From the IMG/VR virus record IMGVR_UViG_3300030333_001711: a DNA stretch of 64,000 nt. The stretch is one strand, 5' to 3'. Source of the DNA: an uncultured virus (IMG/VR IMGVR_UViG_3300030333_001711) (lineage: Duplodnaviria > Heunggongvirae > Uroviricota > Caudoviricetes). The stretch's first letter is position 1. Each line of letters opens with the position of its first letter. The notes beneath the pieces were generated by a model that saw nothing but the letters and a program-made list of their open reading frames with translations, was not told where the DNA came from and made no database searches. Shown here one piece after another: positions 39,323 through 50,171 of the stretch. The position numbers and the translations under genes are program-made.

Positions 39323-39565
39323 ATGAACTACTATGTGAATTGCACACCTCGGCATATTAAAGAGAAGGAGAATGTCAATATGGACATCCCTACATCTGAT
39401 GTCGAGGATTTTCTTTACTACGTTCGTCTCTTAGCAGACGAAAGAAATATTTCATCACGTCGTGCCTTTGGCGAACTTGTCAAAGGTGTTTACCAACAAC
39501 TTATGGAGAAAGAGTATGACCGTCAAGATCGTAAGAGTCGCCAACGGGGAAGATATAATCGCTGA
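39323..39565 (+). CDS. Hypothetical protein
   Basis: ORF track. Confidence 0.5.
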   Translation: MNYYVNCTPRHIKEKENVNMDIPTSDVEDFLYYVRLLADERNISSRRAFGELVKGVYQQLMEKEYDRQDRKSRQRGRYNR

Positions 39566-39884
39566 TGTTCAAGAAGCGTATCCTAATAAAGAAGTATATT
39601 CTCCTATTGGATACTTTCTTACTAACCCTTATCAGGTTATAGTAGAAGCAACAGCGGAAATGCTTTTTGAATCAGGAACTTCTGATGAACCACAAAAAAT
39701 CAATGACTTAGATCTACAACTATTTCCTTGGATACCTATGTCAGCAGACAAACGTTGTCTAGTACAGTTAAGTCAGGTTCAAACAATTTACAATCCACAC
39801 CCAGAGTTATTATCTAAATGGGAAAAACTAACGGAGGCAGACAATGGCACCAATCAAACTGGTGATACTAAGGGACAGTCTTAG
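39516..39884 (+). CDS. Conserved hypothetical protein (possible Sm-like fold)
   Basis: MTVKIVRVANGEDIIADV, LFPWIP. Confidence 0.65.
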   Translation: MTVKIVRVANGEDIIADVQEAYPNKEVYSPIGYFLTNPYQVIVEATAEMLFESGTSDEPQKINDLDLQLFPWIPMSADKRCLVQLSQVQTIYNPHPELLSKWEKLTEADNGTNQTGDTKGQS

Positions 39885-40083
39885 TTACCTTATGGGAGAG
39901 GTTACTGAATTAGATGAAGAACCATCATACTTAATTACAGGTTGTATGAAAATTGATGGTGATAAAGTATCTGCTTTTCCAGAACATACAGATCAAAGAG
40001 ATGTCTTCTTGACATCTGATGTAATTTTGACTATAGTAGATCCATCCAAAGACGCAATAACTAATTACAAGAAAGCATTGTGA
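39844..40083 (+). CDS. Hypothetical protein upstream of gp43
   Basis: GGAGG RBS; overlap with gp43 start. Confidence 0.6.
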   Translation: MAPIKLVILRDSLSYLMGEVTELDEEPSYLITGCMKIDGDKVSAFPEHTDQRDVFLTSDVILTIVDPSKDAITNYKKAL

Positions 40084-42557
40084 GCAGATTATACTCTAAC
40101 GTAACTTTACTAGGTGACTCTATCCTTTGTAGAGGATATGAAAATGGTGATCCAGTATCGTTTAAAGAGATTATCAAACCTACATTATTTGTTCCTTCAC
40201 CTAAAGGTAAATGGAAGTCACTAACAGGTGAGAAAATGACACCTGTAGTGCAGGATGGTGCTCGTCGTGCTAGAGAGTTTATTGAAAAATATAAAGACGT
40301 TAATAACTTTGAGGTTCACGGTTACGAACGTTTTGTATATCAATGGATCTCTGAAAAATATCCAGGTCAACTAAGATTCAATATGAGTGATATGAAAATC
40401 ATTACTATTGATATTGAGGTTGCTTGTGAAAATGGATTCCCTGATGTAGAAGCATCACAGGAGGAAATGCTTTGTATAACAATCAAAGATCTTGCTACTG
40501 GTAAGTTTATTACTTGGGGAACTCGTGAAGCAAAGGTAGACACAGAGTATCGAGTGTTCTGGACAGAACAGGAAATGCTTACCGACTTTCATAAGTGGTG
40601 GTGTTCTAATACACCTGATATTATTACTGGTTGGAACTGTAACTTGTATGATATACCTTACATTTGTCGTCGTCTAGAACGTGTACTAGGAGAGAAATGG
40701 CAGAAGTCATTATCACCTTGGAATAAAGTAAATATGCGAGAGGTCTACATTCAAGGACGTAGAAATCTTGCTTACGATATACTAGGTGTCAGCATCTTAG
40801 ATTATCTTGATCTCTATAGAAAGTTTACATATACTAATCAAGAATCATATCGTCTAGAGCATATTGCTACAGTAGAACTTGGTGAAGGTAAACTAGATCA
40901 TAGTGAGTTTGAAAACTTTAAAGACTTCTATACAGAACATTGGCAGAAGTTTGTAGAGTACAACATTAAAGACGTTGATCTAGTTGACAGACTAGAGAAG
41001 AAAATGAAACTTCTCGAACTAGCAATTACTATGGCATATGATGCCAAGGTAAACTTTGAAGATGTGTATTCTCAGGTTCGTATGTGGGATACACTTATAT
41101 ACAACTATCTAAAGGAGAGAAAGATCTGTGTTCCACCTCGTCAAGAAAGTAAGAAAGATGACAAATACGCAGGTGCGTACGTTAAGGAACCTATACCTGG
41201 GTTATATGATTGGGTGGTTAGTTTCGACCTTAACTCTCTGTACCCTCATCTCATTATGGAATATAACATTTCACCAGAGACTTTGGTTCCCACTAGATAC
41301 CCAAGTATCTCTGTGGACAAAATCTTAAATGGTGAGATTGATATTGATAGTGACTATTGTGTTGCTGCTAATGGTGCACAATATAGAAAAGACATTCAAG
41401 GTTTCTTACCTGAGATGATGCAAAAGATCTACGATGAACGTACGATCTATAAAAAGAAAATGCTTATTGCCAAGTCTGAATATGAAAAGACAGGTGATAA
41501 AGAATTACAAGCAGACATATCTGCTTTTAATAATATCCAGATGGCACGTAAGATTCAACTTAATAGTGCTTATGGTGCTATCGGAAATCAATACTTCCGA
41601 TACTTCAACATCGCTAATGCTGAAGCAATTACATTGTCTGGACAGTTATCTATCCGTTGGATAGAAAACAAAATGAACTCTTACATAAACAAAATTTTAA
41701 AAACAAAGGAGGTTGATTATGTTATTGCTTCTGATACCGATTCCATTTATCTTAATCTGGGTTCTCTGGTTGAAACTGTATTCAAGGGCAGAGAGAAAAG
41801 CGATCAAAGCGTTCTTAGGTTCCTTGAGAAGGTGTGTGATGTGGAATTTGAAAAGTATATTCAGAATTCTTATGAAGCGTTGGCAACCACTGTAAACGCA
41901 TATGATCAAAAGATGTTTATGAAGCGAGAGAACATCGCTAACAAAGGCATCTGGACTGCTAAGAAAAGATACATCCTCAATGTATGGAATAGTGAGGGTG
42001 TTCAATACGCTGAACCTAAACTAAAGATGATGGGTATTGAAGCAGTTAAATCATCTACACCTGCTGCTTGTAGGACAGCAATTAAAGATGCACTGAAAGT
42101 TATTATGAATGGTACAGAATCTGATGTACAAGAATTTGTAGGAAACTTCAGAAAGAAATTTGAAACTATGCCACCAGAAGATATTGCATTCCCTCGTGGA
42201 TGTAATGGGGTTGGCAAATTCTCAAATCCTGCTACAATTTATAGTAAGGGAACTCCCATACACGTACGTGGTGCGTTACTATATAATTTCCACGCTAAGA
42301 AAACAAAGATAACTCACAAGTATCCTCTCATACAAGAGGGAGAGAAAGTAAAGTTTCTTTATCTTAGACGACCAAACAAAATTAATGAAAACGTTATTTC
42401 ATTCTTCCAAACATTACCTAAAGAGTTTGGACTTGACAAATACATAGATTTTGATCTACAATTCCAGAAGAGTTTTCTTGATCCTTTACAAGTTATTATG
42501 GATACTATCAACTGGAAGGCAGAAAAAATCGCTACTTTAGAAGACCTTTTTGTATGA
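40080..42557 (+). CDS. gp43: Family B DNA polymerase
   Basis: DIEV exonuclease, [29 protein letters not shown]. Confidence 0.98.
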   Translation: MSRLYSNVTLLGDSILCRGYENGDPVSFKEIIKPTLFVPSPKGKWKSLTGEKMTPVVQDGARRAREFIEKYKDVNNFEVHGYERFVYQWISEKYPGQLRFNMSDMKIITIDIEVACENGFPDVEASQEEMLCITIKDLATGKFITWGTREAKVDTEYRVFWTEQEMLTDFHKWWCSNTPDIITGWNCNLYDIPYICRRLERVLGEKWQKSLSPWNKVNMREVYIQGRRNLAYDILGVSILDYLDLYRKFTYTNQESYRLEHIATVELGEGKLDHSEFENFKDFYTEHWQKFVEYNIKDVDLVDRLEKKMKLLELAITMAYDAKVNFEDVYSQVRMWDTLIYNYLKERKICVPPRQESKKDDKYAGAYVKEPIPGLYDWVVSFDLNSLYPHLIMEYNISPETLVPTRYPSISVDKILNGEIDIDSDYCVAANGAQYRKDIQGFLPEMMQKIYDERTIYKKKMLIAKSEYEKTGDKELQADISAFNNIQMARKIQLNSAYGAIGNQYFRYFNIANAEAITLSGQLSIRWIENKMNSYINKILKTKEVDYVIASDTDSIYLNLGSLVETVFKGREKSDQSVLRFLEKVCDVEFEKYIQNSYEALATTVNAYDQKMFMKRENIANKGIWTAKKRYILNVWNSEGVQYAEPKLKMMGIEAVKSSTPAACRTAIKDALKVIMNGTESDVQEFVGNFRKKFETMPPEDIAFPRGCNGVGKFSNPATIYSKGTPIHVRGALLYNFHAKKTKITHKYPLIQEGEKVKFLYLRRPNKINENVISFFQTLPKEFGLDKYIDFDLQFQKSFLDPLQVIMDTINWKAEKIATLEDLFV

Positions 42558-43570
42558 CATCAGCATTTTTTAAAGACATTATCAGCGACATCGGAAACGA
42601 GTATGCAGGTGTAGTGTCAGATGGAGTATCAGCAGGAGACGTTGCGTCTTTTGTAGATACAGGTAGTTACATCTTTAATGCCCTAGTAAGTGGTAGTATT
42701 AAAGGTGGAATACCTTCCAATAAGATCACCGCTATTGCAGGTGAGAGTAGTACAGGTAAAACTTTCTTTACTCTTAGTATGGTAAAAAGTTTTCTTGCAA
42801 GTAATCCAGAAGCAGGGTGCATTTATTTTGAATCTGAGTCTGCATTATCTAAGGATATGATTGAGTCTAGGAATATTCCTTCTGATCGTATGGTCTTAGT
42901 TCCTGTTACCACAGTTCAAGAATTTAGAACACAATCATTAAGAATTGTTGACAAATATCTTGAACAACCAGAAGCAGAACGTAAACCATTAATGTTCGTT
43001 CTCGATTCTCTTGGTATGTTATCTACTTCAAAGGAAGTCCAAGACTCCTCTGATGGTAAGGACACACGAGATATGACTCGTGCACAGGTTGTCAAAGCAA
43101 TCTTCCGTGTTCTTACTTTGAAGTTGGGTAAAGCGAACATACCTATGATTGTCACAAACCATACATATGATGTAGTGGGTGCATATGTACCTACAAAAGA
43201 AATGGGCGGTGGTTCTGGTCTTAAATATGCAGCATCGACTATCATCTATCTCGCTAAGTCTAAAGAGAAAGATGGTAAAGAAGTGATCGGAAACATCATT
43301 AGATGTGAAACAAAGAAATCTAGATTTACAAAAGAGAATGCTAAAATTACTACTCGTCTTTTCTATGACGAACGTGGACTCGACAGGTATTACGGATTAC
43401 TGGAGTTGGGTGAAAAGTATGGAGTCTTCACAAAGCGGGGTAATAGGATTGTTGTTGGTGAATCTTCCGTTTATCCTTCTGCTATCCTTGCCGATCCTGA
43501 CAAGTACTTCACCGAAGGAATAATGCAGCAACTAGATGAAGCAGCACAAAAAGAATTTGCGTACGGTTAG
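42554..43570 (+). CDS. uvsX: RecA-like recombinase UvsX
   Basis: [29 protein letters not shown]. Confidence 0.95.
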   Translation: MTSAFFKDIISDIGNEYAGVVSDGVSAGDVASFVDTGSYIFNALVSGSIKGGIPSNKITAIAGESSTGKTFFTLSMVKSFLASNPEAGCIYFESESALSKDMIESRNIPSDRMVLVPVTTVQEFRTQSLRIVDKYLEQPEAERKPLMFVLDSLGMLSTSKEVQDSSDGKDTRDMTRAQVVKAIFRVLTLKLGKANIPMIVTNHTYDVVGAYVPTKEMGGGSGLKYAASTIIYLAKSKEKDGKEVIGNIIRCETKKSRFTKENAKITTRLFYDERGLDRYYGLLELGEKYGVFTKRGNRIVVGESSVYPSAILADPDKYFTEGIMQQLDEAAQKEFAYG

Positions 43571-44151
43571 TGGAACTCAGAGATTACATACAAGTTTATG
43601 ACTACACATTACCTAATACTGTTTGCAAAAACGTTATTAGATTATTTGGTAGTCAGATTCACGAAGAGGTAGATCAGAAAGGTCTACCTAAGTTTCGTCA
43701 ATTCAATATCACACAGGCAATAGATGACAATGAGCATAATCTCAATGTATCTCCTTGGTCTGAGTGGGGAATGATACAGAATGCTTTGATTGAATCATCA
43801 CATTACTATGTCCAAAAATATATGGAGGATGTAGATTGTAGACCATATTTTCCTGTCAAATCTGCTCTTGAACAATTCAGAGTTAAGAAATATGAAAAGG
43901 GAACTGATGATCGTTTTGATAAACACGTTGATGTGGGAGACCACGCATCTGCTCGTAGGTTCTTATCAATGTTCTGGTATCTAAATGATGTTGAAGAAGG
44001 TGGCGAGACAGTTTTTGAAAACGGTCCTACAATAAAACCAAAGGAAGGCAGATTAGTTATGTTCCCTCCTCTATGGTTATACCCACACTCAGGTAAACGC
44101 ACTATTTCTGACGACAAATTTATCGTAAGTTCTTACACACATTATGTCTAA
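43570..44151 (+). CDS. 2OG-Fe(II) oxygenase (prolyl-4-hydroxylase-like)
   Basis: HVD, WYLNDVEEGGETVF, PKEGRLVMFPP..YPH. Confidence 0.85.
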   Translation: MELRDYIQVYDYTLPNTVCKNVIRLFGSQIHEEVDQKGLPKFRQFNITQAIDDNEHNLNVSPWSEWGMIQNALIESSHYYVQKYMEDVDCRPYFPVKSALEQFRVKKYEKGTDDRFDKHVDVGDHASARRFLSMFWYLNDVEEGGETVFENGPTIKPKEGRLVMFPPLWLYPHSGKRTISDDKFIVSSYTHYV

Positions 44152-45502
44152 TCTTGAGAATTTAATTATCTCATCATTATTCTTTGAAGAAAAGTTTACT
44201 CGTAGAGTAATTCCACATCTCAAAGGAGAATATTTTGAAGATGTTAATAACAAAATACTTTTTGAAGAAACATCAAAATATTTTGTTGAGTACGATCGTC
44301 TTCCAACTAAGGAAGCATTGACTATTGAATTAGAAACCCGTAGAGATCTTACAGATGAACAATCTAAGACTATACAAAATAGTATTTCTAATTTTGAAGA
44401 TACAGCACACGATATTAAATGGTTAGTAGACACTACAGAAAAGTGGTGTCGTGATCGTGCAATATACAACGCTCTATTAGAGTCAATTCAAATTGCTGAC
44501 GGTGAGAAGAAAGCAAGTAGAGATGCTATTCCATCATTACTTACTGATGCACTTGCTGTTAGTTTTGATAATTCTGTTGGACACGATTACATAGATGATG
44601 CTGACGATAGATTTGATTTCTATCATAGAAAGGAAGAGAAAATTCCTTTTGATATTTCTATGCTCAATAAGATTACAAAGGGTGGTCTAGGTAAGAAGAC
44701 ATTGAATATCGCACTGGCAGGAACTGGTGTTGGTAAGTCATTGTTTATGTGCCACACCGCTGCTTCACATCTAATGCAAGGATATAATGTTCTTTATATT
44801 ACTTGTGAAATGGCAGAGGAAAAAATTGCTGAACGTATTGATGCAAACTTATTGAATATAAACGTACAACAACTAGAAACATTGCCTAAAGTTATGTACG
44901 ATAATAAGTTGACAAAGGTTGCAGAGAAAACTCAAGGTCGTCTTATTGTAAAAGAATATCCAACAGCAGCAGCACACGTAGGTCATTTCAAATCTCTACT
45001 ACAAGAGTTAGCAATTAAAAAGTCTTTTACTCCTGACGTAGTGTTTGTAGATTATTTAAACATCTGTGCATCTGCTAGATATAAGGGGGCAATAGTTAAC
45101 TCTTATACCTATGTTAAAGCAATCGCTGAAGAACTCCGTGGTCTTGCTGCTGAGTGCAACCTTCCTATCATTAGTGCTACTCAAACTACTAGATCAGGTT
45201 ACGGTAATTCAGACGTGGAACTTACCGACACTTCTGAATCTTTTGGTCTTCCTGCAACTGCTGACTTTATGTTTGCTCTTATCTCTAGTGAAGACTTGGA
45301 AGCAAACGGTCAAATAATGATCAAGCAGTTAAAAAATAGATACAACGATCCGACAATGAACAAAAGATTTGTTGTGGGTATTGACAGAGGGAAGATGAGA
45401 CTGTATGATTGTGATCAGCAGGAGAATATTATAGATCCTGGTCACAATGGTGAGGACACACCTAAAATTCAACCAACATTATTTACTGATTTTAAAGTAT
45501 GA
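44144..45502 (+). CDS. gp41: Replicative DnaB-like helicase
   Basis: AGTGVGKSL, KEYPT, DYLNIC, SESFGLPATAD, KQLKNRY. Confidence 0.96.
   Translation: MSNLENLIISSLFFEEKFTRRVIPHLKGEYFEDVNNKILFEETSKYFVEYDRLPTKEALTIELETRRDLTDEQSKTIQNSISNFEDTAHDIKWLVDTTEKWCRDRAIYNALLESIQIADGEKKASRDAIPSLLTDALAVSFDNSVGHDYIDDADDRFDFYHRKEEKIPFDISMLNKITKGGLGKKTLNIALAGTGVGKSLFMCHTAASHLMQGYNVLYITCEMAEEKIAERIDANLLNINVQQLETLPKVMYDNKLTKVAEKTQGRLIVKEYPTAAAHVGHFKSLLQELAIKKSFTPDVVFVDYLNICASARYKGAIVNSYTYVKAIAEELRGLAAECNLPIISATQTTRSGYGNSDVELTDTSESFGLPATADFMFALISSEDLEANGQIMIKQLKNRYNDPTMNKRFVVGIDRGKMRLYDCDQQENIIDPGHNGEDTPKIQPTLFTDFKV
45381..45409 (+). promoter_or_regulatory. Sigma70-type promoter inside gp41 for mazG
   Basis: TTGACA-N17-TATGAT. 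Confidence 0.6.
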
Positions 45503-46014
45503 CTTCTACACCAGACCCAATGCCTCAAGATTTTACACAATCACAAGATTTTAAGGGGTTCGCATCACCAGAAGCGAAAAAAAGAAAGGGACAAAAAACA
45601 GCAGAGAAATTTGACATAGATCTTGATAAGTACACAGAGTTCGTTGATTTGGTAACATCTGATGCAAGTAAGAGTTATGATTCTCTAATAGAAAGGTACG
45701 AGGAACTACATAAAGAAGGGTGTAAAATAGAAAGACTCGATACCGCAGCATCAGGAATGGTTGCTGAAGCGGGCGAGTTTATGGAACTTGTTAAAAAAAT
45801 CAAATTTCAAGGTAAACCTTGGAACGATGATGTTAAAGACCACCTTGTTACAGAACTCGGAGACGTGATGTGGTATGCTGCACAAGCAGCAATGGCATTG
45901 GATGAACGTCTTGCAGAAGTAATCTTCCGTAATACAGTGAAACTTGCATCTCGCTATCCAGAGGGAGAGTTTTCTATAAAACGTTCAGAGGAACGAAAGG
46001 AAGGTGACAGATAA
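45499..46014 (+). CDS. mazG: MazG-like nucleotide pyrophosphohydrolase
   Basis: AEAGEFMELVKK..FQGKPW, ELGDVMWY, KLASRYP. Confidence 0.9.
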   Translation: MTSTPDPMPQDFTQSQDFKGFASPEAKKRKGQKTAEKFDIDLDKYTEFVDLVTSDASKSYDSLIERYEELHKEGCKIERLDTAASGMVAEAGEFMELVKKIKFQGKPWNDDVKDHLVTELGDVMWYAAQAAMALDERLAEVIFRNTVKLASRYPEGEFSIKRSEERKEGDR

Positions 46015-46339
46015 ATCACAACAGGAAAAGGAAATGACTAATTTTCCATTCTCAGATATGAAACCAAGTATAAAACTTCCAGGATTAGGAAGTTTTTATA
46101 CTAAGGAAGAAGTTAAATTTTTACTTCAACAGACATTAGAACAAGCGAAGAAGATAGATGAAGAATCTATGCGTAAACATAACAGAGATGCTACTGTCAT
46201 AAGTATGATATTAGGATTTACTTGCCTAGCATTATTTTTAGATGGAACACTACGTCTACTAGGTATCATTCCACCATTTTTAGGAATAGATATTGACATT
46301 ATAGATAAAATAGTAGAGAAAGTTAATGAACTAAGATGA
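46004..46339 (+). CDS. Hypothetical membrane protein (start may be 46034)
   Basis: HNRDATVISMILGF..DGTLRLLGIIPPF. Confidence 0.6.
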   Translation: MTDKSQQEKEMTNFPFSDMKPSIKLPGLGSFYTKEEVKFLLQQTLEQAKKIDEESMRKHNRDATVISMILGFTCLALFLDGTLRLLGIIPPFLGIDIDIIDKIVEKVNELR

Positions 46340-46881
46340 CAGTTTATGTCGGTAGTGGACAACCAGTATTTGAGTTTATACTACCAGATGAATGTATTGA
46401 AGAAGCAAACACTGTTATTGATGATTGGTTAAAGTTAGATAAACCATCACCAGAAGCATCTAATGTTGTAGCACGTCAAACTGATTGGGATATGAAAATG
46501 CCTAAGTGCGAATCATATGTCAGTTTGTGCTGTAAAATGATTGCTAACCTGATATACAATGCAGGTGGCAGAGTTTATGGTGGATTGAATGATGGAACCA
46601 CAGATGTAGAATATTTTGCTAAAGATATATGGGGTGCAGATTATAAACAGGGAGACTATGTGAAACCACACTGTCATTTTCCTGCTGATTTTGCTGCTGT
46701 TGGATATTTAAAAATAGATGATGGTGCATCACCTATAATATTTGACGGACGTAATCCATACTATGTGTCAGCAAGACAACTATTAATATTTGATGCAAAG
46801 ATGCAACACGAAGTGCCAGTTACGTCAGCAGGAAGACGTTGTTTTGCTATGAATTTATATAAAAAAGCAGGTACCTTCTAA
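46336..46881 (+). CDS. Putative 2OG-Fe(II) oxygenase
   Basis: IWGADY..PHCH..LLIFDAKMQHEV..RRCFAMN. Confidence 0.7.
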   Translation: MTVYVGSGQPVFEFILPDECIEEANTVIDDWLKLDKPSPEASNVVARQTDWDMKMPKCESYVSLCCKMIANLIYNAGGRVYGGLNDGTTDVEYFAKDIWGADYKQGDYVKPHCHFPADFAAVGYLKIDDGASPIIFDGRNPYYVSARQLLIFDAKMQHEVPVTSAGRRCFAMNLYKKAGTF

Positions 46882-46898
46882 ATAGTAAAAAAAGGTCG

Positions 46899-47798
46899 AT
46901 GGCAAGGAAACAAGATCAAGGAACTCAGTTTGAATGGTGCGTATTACATACTGCATATAGTCGTCTTACTAATCCAGAAGTTTTATCTAGTAAACAACTA
47001 AAAACTAAAGAAAAAGCATTAGAAACTTGGAATAAAACAAACAGTACAGTACAAAAAGACTCTGTAAAAGTAGTAGATAAACTTGCAAAGACCTTATCCA
47101 CTAATGAAAGTTTAAAATTTTATGCCTCATTTGAAAAGATGGAATCGGGAAGTAAATCTGATATAGTTTTTTATAAAGGTGGTAAGATATATCAATGCTC
47201 TATGAAATATGGAAATTCTTTTCAACTTAGTAGTTCAATGATAGAGACTAATGTAACTGCACTTAATGAAATATATAAAAAAATTGCTAGAGGTAAAGGT
47301 TCAAGCACAGATGGTAATACTTTGGCAAATATCCAAGCAGTAATTAATGATGTGGAAGCATTTTTTCCAAATAAATATATGACAAAGGAAGACGTTGATT
47401 CATTAGTCAAACACAATCCAAATGCAGCAGCACTAGAAGAAAGGTTGATAGAAATTATAGGAACTAAAGGTAAGGATGGTGTCGGATCAGTCTATGATGA
47501 ATTTAGATGTGCCTTTGTAGAAGAATCAATCACAGGAAAGTTGACATTAAAAGGAAAACCTCTCCAAATAGCGACACATATACTAACAGAAAAAGGTTTG
47601 AGACCAATTACTAAGAAATTAGTACAAGAGTTTTGTGCAATAGTAAATCCAAGATTTTCTAAAAAGAAACAAGGTACATTTCCAAAGACAAGACAACTAG
47701 GGCAAGGTGTTCAAGGTCCTATAGAGAGGATTCCTACCAGTCTACAAGGTGTCACACAATATAATCCAGTAATCAGAATAGATGTTAAACTAGGATAG
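46899..47798 (+). CDS. Hypothetical protein, possible PD-(D/E)XK nuclease fold
   Basis: GTQFE...KSDIVF...CSMK pattern; late-promoter-like CTAAATA at 46878. Confidence 0.45.
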   Translation: MARKQDQGTQFEWCVLHTAYSRLTNPEVLSSKQLKTKEKALETWNKTNSTVQKDSVKVVDKLAKTLSTNESLKFYASFEKMESGSKSDIVFYKGGKIYQCSMKYGNSFQLSSSMIETNVTALNEIYKKIARGKGSSTDGNTLANIQAVINDVEAFFPNKYMTKEDVDSLVKHNPNAAALEERLIEIIGTKGKDGVGSVYDEFRCAFVEESITGKLTLKGKPLQIATHILTEKGLRPITKKLVQEFCAIVNPRFSKKKQGTFPKTRQLGQGVQGPIERIPTSLQGVTQYNPVIRIDVKLG

Positions 47799-47799
47799 T

Positions 47800-48987
47800 A
47801 TGAAAAACACTCACCTCGAACATTTAGAAGACGATATACTCAACAGTGGGTCTAATGGTGGTAGAAATGCTATCAAGATTCTAAGAGAGTTAGGTCTTAT
47901 GTTAACAGAACCACATTCCAATATACGAATCACTACCAAATGGGATGGTGCACCTGCTATTGTATGTGGACAGCATCCTACTACAGGAAAATTTTTTGTT
48001 GGAACAAAAGCAGTATTTAATAAAGGAACACCAAAAATTTGTAGAAGCAATAGTGATATAGACACATACTATGCAGGTCAACTAGCAGATAAACTTAAGG
48101 TTTGTTTAGAATATTTACCTAAGTTAGGTATCAAAGGTGTACTGCAAGGTGATTTACTTTTTTATAATGATGTGGTTACTAGAAATGTAAATGGTGAATC
48201 TTGTTATGTGTTTACACCTAATACTATTACCTATGCTGTACCTGTAAAGAGTGATATGGGTAAGAAAATTAGAACCGCAAAGATGGGTATCGTATTCCAT
48301 ACAAAGTATAGCGGTGGTGATGGCACAGTTAGAGATATGAAAGCATCTTTCGGTGTTAATACATCTTCTATGAAAAGTAATGACGTAGCAGTATTCTCAT
48401 CTAACTTTAAAGATGCAACAGGTGCTTCTACATTTGATAGAACTACATTATCTAAGTTTATCTCAGCAACAAACCGTGCAGAGGGTTCTCTCAAACAAGC
48501 ATCACAGTTCTTAGATGTTCTAGGACAGACAGGTAGTGGTAAGTTTTTACTATCAGAAGTCTTTAAATTATTCTTTAACAGTTATATTAAAAAGGGTGTG
48601 AAGTTTTCTAGTACAGCAGATGTATCTAATGCTTTTGAGAAATTTTATAAAGCAACATTGCAAAAAGAAATTGATACCAAGAAAACAGAAGCGACAAAGA
48701 ATAAATATAAACAGATACAACTAGATGGTCTAAAGTTTATTAAAACTAATGCACGACCGATATATATGACAGTAGCATCTTATATGAATTTAACTGAATG
48801 TAAGATGTATATTGTTCGTCAGTTATCAAAAGTAAATACTATTGGTACTTACATCAAAACTGACAATGGTTATCGTGTTACAGCACCAGAAGGTTTTGTA
48901 GCAATTAAATCTGGTTCCGCTATAAAGTTAGTTGACAGACTAGAGTTCAGTAAAACTAACTTTAATATAGAAAAGAACTGGGGTTGA
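47800..48987 (+). CDS. Conserved phage protein with KxDG motif (ligase/nucleotidyltransferase-like)
   Basis: KNTHLEHLED, TTKWDGAPA, LQGDLL, PEGFVA, KLVDRLEFS. Confidence 0.6.
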   Translation: MKNTHLEHLEDDILNSGSNGGRNAIKILRELGLMLTEPHSNIRITTKWDGAPAIVCGQHPTTGKFFVGTKAVFNKGTPKICRSNSDIDTYYAGQLADKLKVCLEYLPKLGIKGVLQGDLLFYNDVVTRNVNGESCYVFTPNTITYAVPVKSDMGKKIRTAKMGIVFHTKYSGGDGTVRDMKASFGVNTSSMKSNDVAVFSSNFKDATGASTFDRTTLSKFISATNRAEGSLKQASQFLDVLGQTGSGKFLLSEVFKLFFNSYIKKGVKFSSTADVSNAFEKFYKATLQKEIDTKKTEATKNKYKQIQLDGLKFIKTNARPIYMTVASYMNLTECKMYIVRQLSKVNTIGTYIKTDNGYRVTAPEGFVAIKSGSAIKLVDRLEFSKTNFNIEKNWG

Positions 48988-48998
48988 TAAATAGTATT

Positions 48999-50150
48999 AT
49001 GAAATTTAAGCAATTCCTATCAGAAGCACGCACTGTTGCAGGAGAAGCAGCAGCGAAACGAGGTCTCCAACACGTTGGTCACGGTTACTATGCTGATCGC
49101 ACAGGTAACATTGTGGCAAAATCAGAAGGTGGTGAGAGACTTGTTACAGTTTCTCGTGATGAAGCAGAACAAGCACAAGCGGGTGCTGAAGAAGGTGCTG
49201 CTGAAAATGAAGGTAATTCATCGGTAACAGATCTTGGAAACATTGCAATTACTTTTGGGAGGTTCAATCCTCCTACTGTGGGTCACGAAAAACTTTTATC
49301 CAAAGTTGCGGAGTCTTCTCAAGGAGGAGAATACAGGATTTATCCATCACGTACTGTTGATGCAAAGAAAAATCCGTTGGAACCTGCGGAGAAGATAAAC
49401 TATCTTAAACAGATGTTCCCCGACCACGCAAATGCAATACAAAATGATCCTGATAAAGGAAACATTTTTAATGTATTGTCTTCTATCAATGAAGAGGGTT
49501 ACAGTTCAGTAACAATGGTTGTTGGTAGTGATAGGGTAGCAGAATTTAATGACCTCCTACAAAAATATAATGGTCAAGCATATAACTTTGAAGAACTCAA
49601 GGTAGTATCTGGTGGACAAAGAGATCCTGATGCTGAAGGTGTTGAAGGTATGTCTGCATCTAAGATGCGTGCATTTGCTGCTGAAGGAAACCTAGAAGAT
49701 TTTGCTAAAGGTATCCCTGGAAAAGATGAGGGAGTAGCAAAAAGACTTATGGATGCGGTACGTAAAGGTATGGGTATCCAAGAGAAAGAGGACGTAGAGA
49801 TTAAAGAACTCTGGCAGATCGCTCCTAAGTTAGATCTACAAAACTTAAGAGAAGCATACGTTCGCAAAAGTATTTTTGATATGGGAACAGTAGTTGAGCA
49901 CCTAGACACTGGTGTTCAAGGTAAGATTGTTCATCGTGGAACTAACTATGCAATATTTGAAGACGGTAACGGATGGAGATTCCGTTGTTGGTTAACCTCA
50001 CTAAATGAGGTAAGAGAAAAACATCATTCTGCTGATGATGGGTCAGGAAACGACTGGAAAATAGGAACCGATACCTATAGACAAGCAGTACAGGCAATGA
50101 CTCCTGGGCAAAGCATAAAGAAATTTAGCGACTTCCGAAAGTCTAAATAA
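48999..50150 (+). CDS. Cytidyltransferase-family (HxGH) protein
   Basis: TFGRFNPPTVGHEKL, VVGSDRV, MSASKMR; GATAAATA late promoter at 48986. Confidence 0.85.
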   Translation: MKFKQFLSEARTVAGEAAAKRGLQHVGHGYYADRTGNIVAKSEGGERLVTVSRDEAEQAQAGAEEGAAENEGNSSVTDLGNIAITFGRFNPPTVGHEKLLSKVAESSQGGEYRIYPSRTVDAKKNPLEPAEKINYLKQMFPDHANAIQNDPDKGNIFNVLSSINEEGYSSVTMVVGSDRVAEFNDLLQKYNGQAYNFEELKVVSGGQRDPDAEGVEGMSASKMRAFAAEGNLEDFAKGIPGKDEGVAKRLMDAVRKGMGIQEKEDVEIKELWQIAPKLDLQNLREAYVRKSIFDMGTVVEHLDTGVQGKIVHRGTNYAIFEDGNGWRFRCWLTSLNEVREKHHSADDGSGNDWKIGTDTYRQAVQAMTPGQSIKKFSDFRKSK

Positions 50151-50171
50151 TATCATAGGATAATTAATCAA

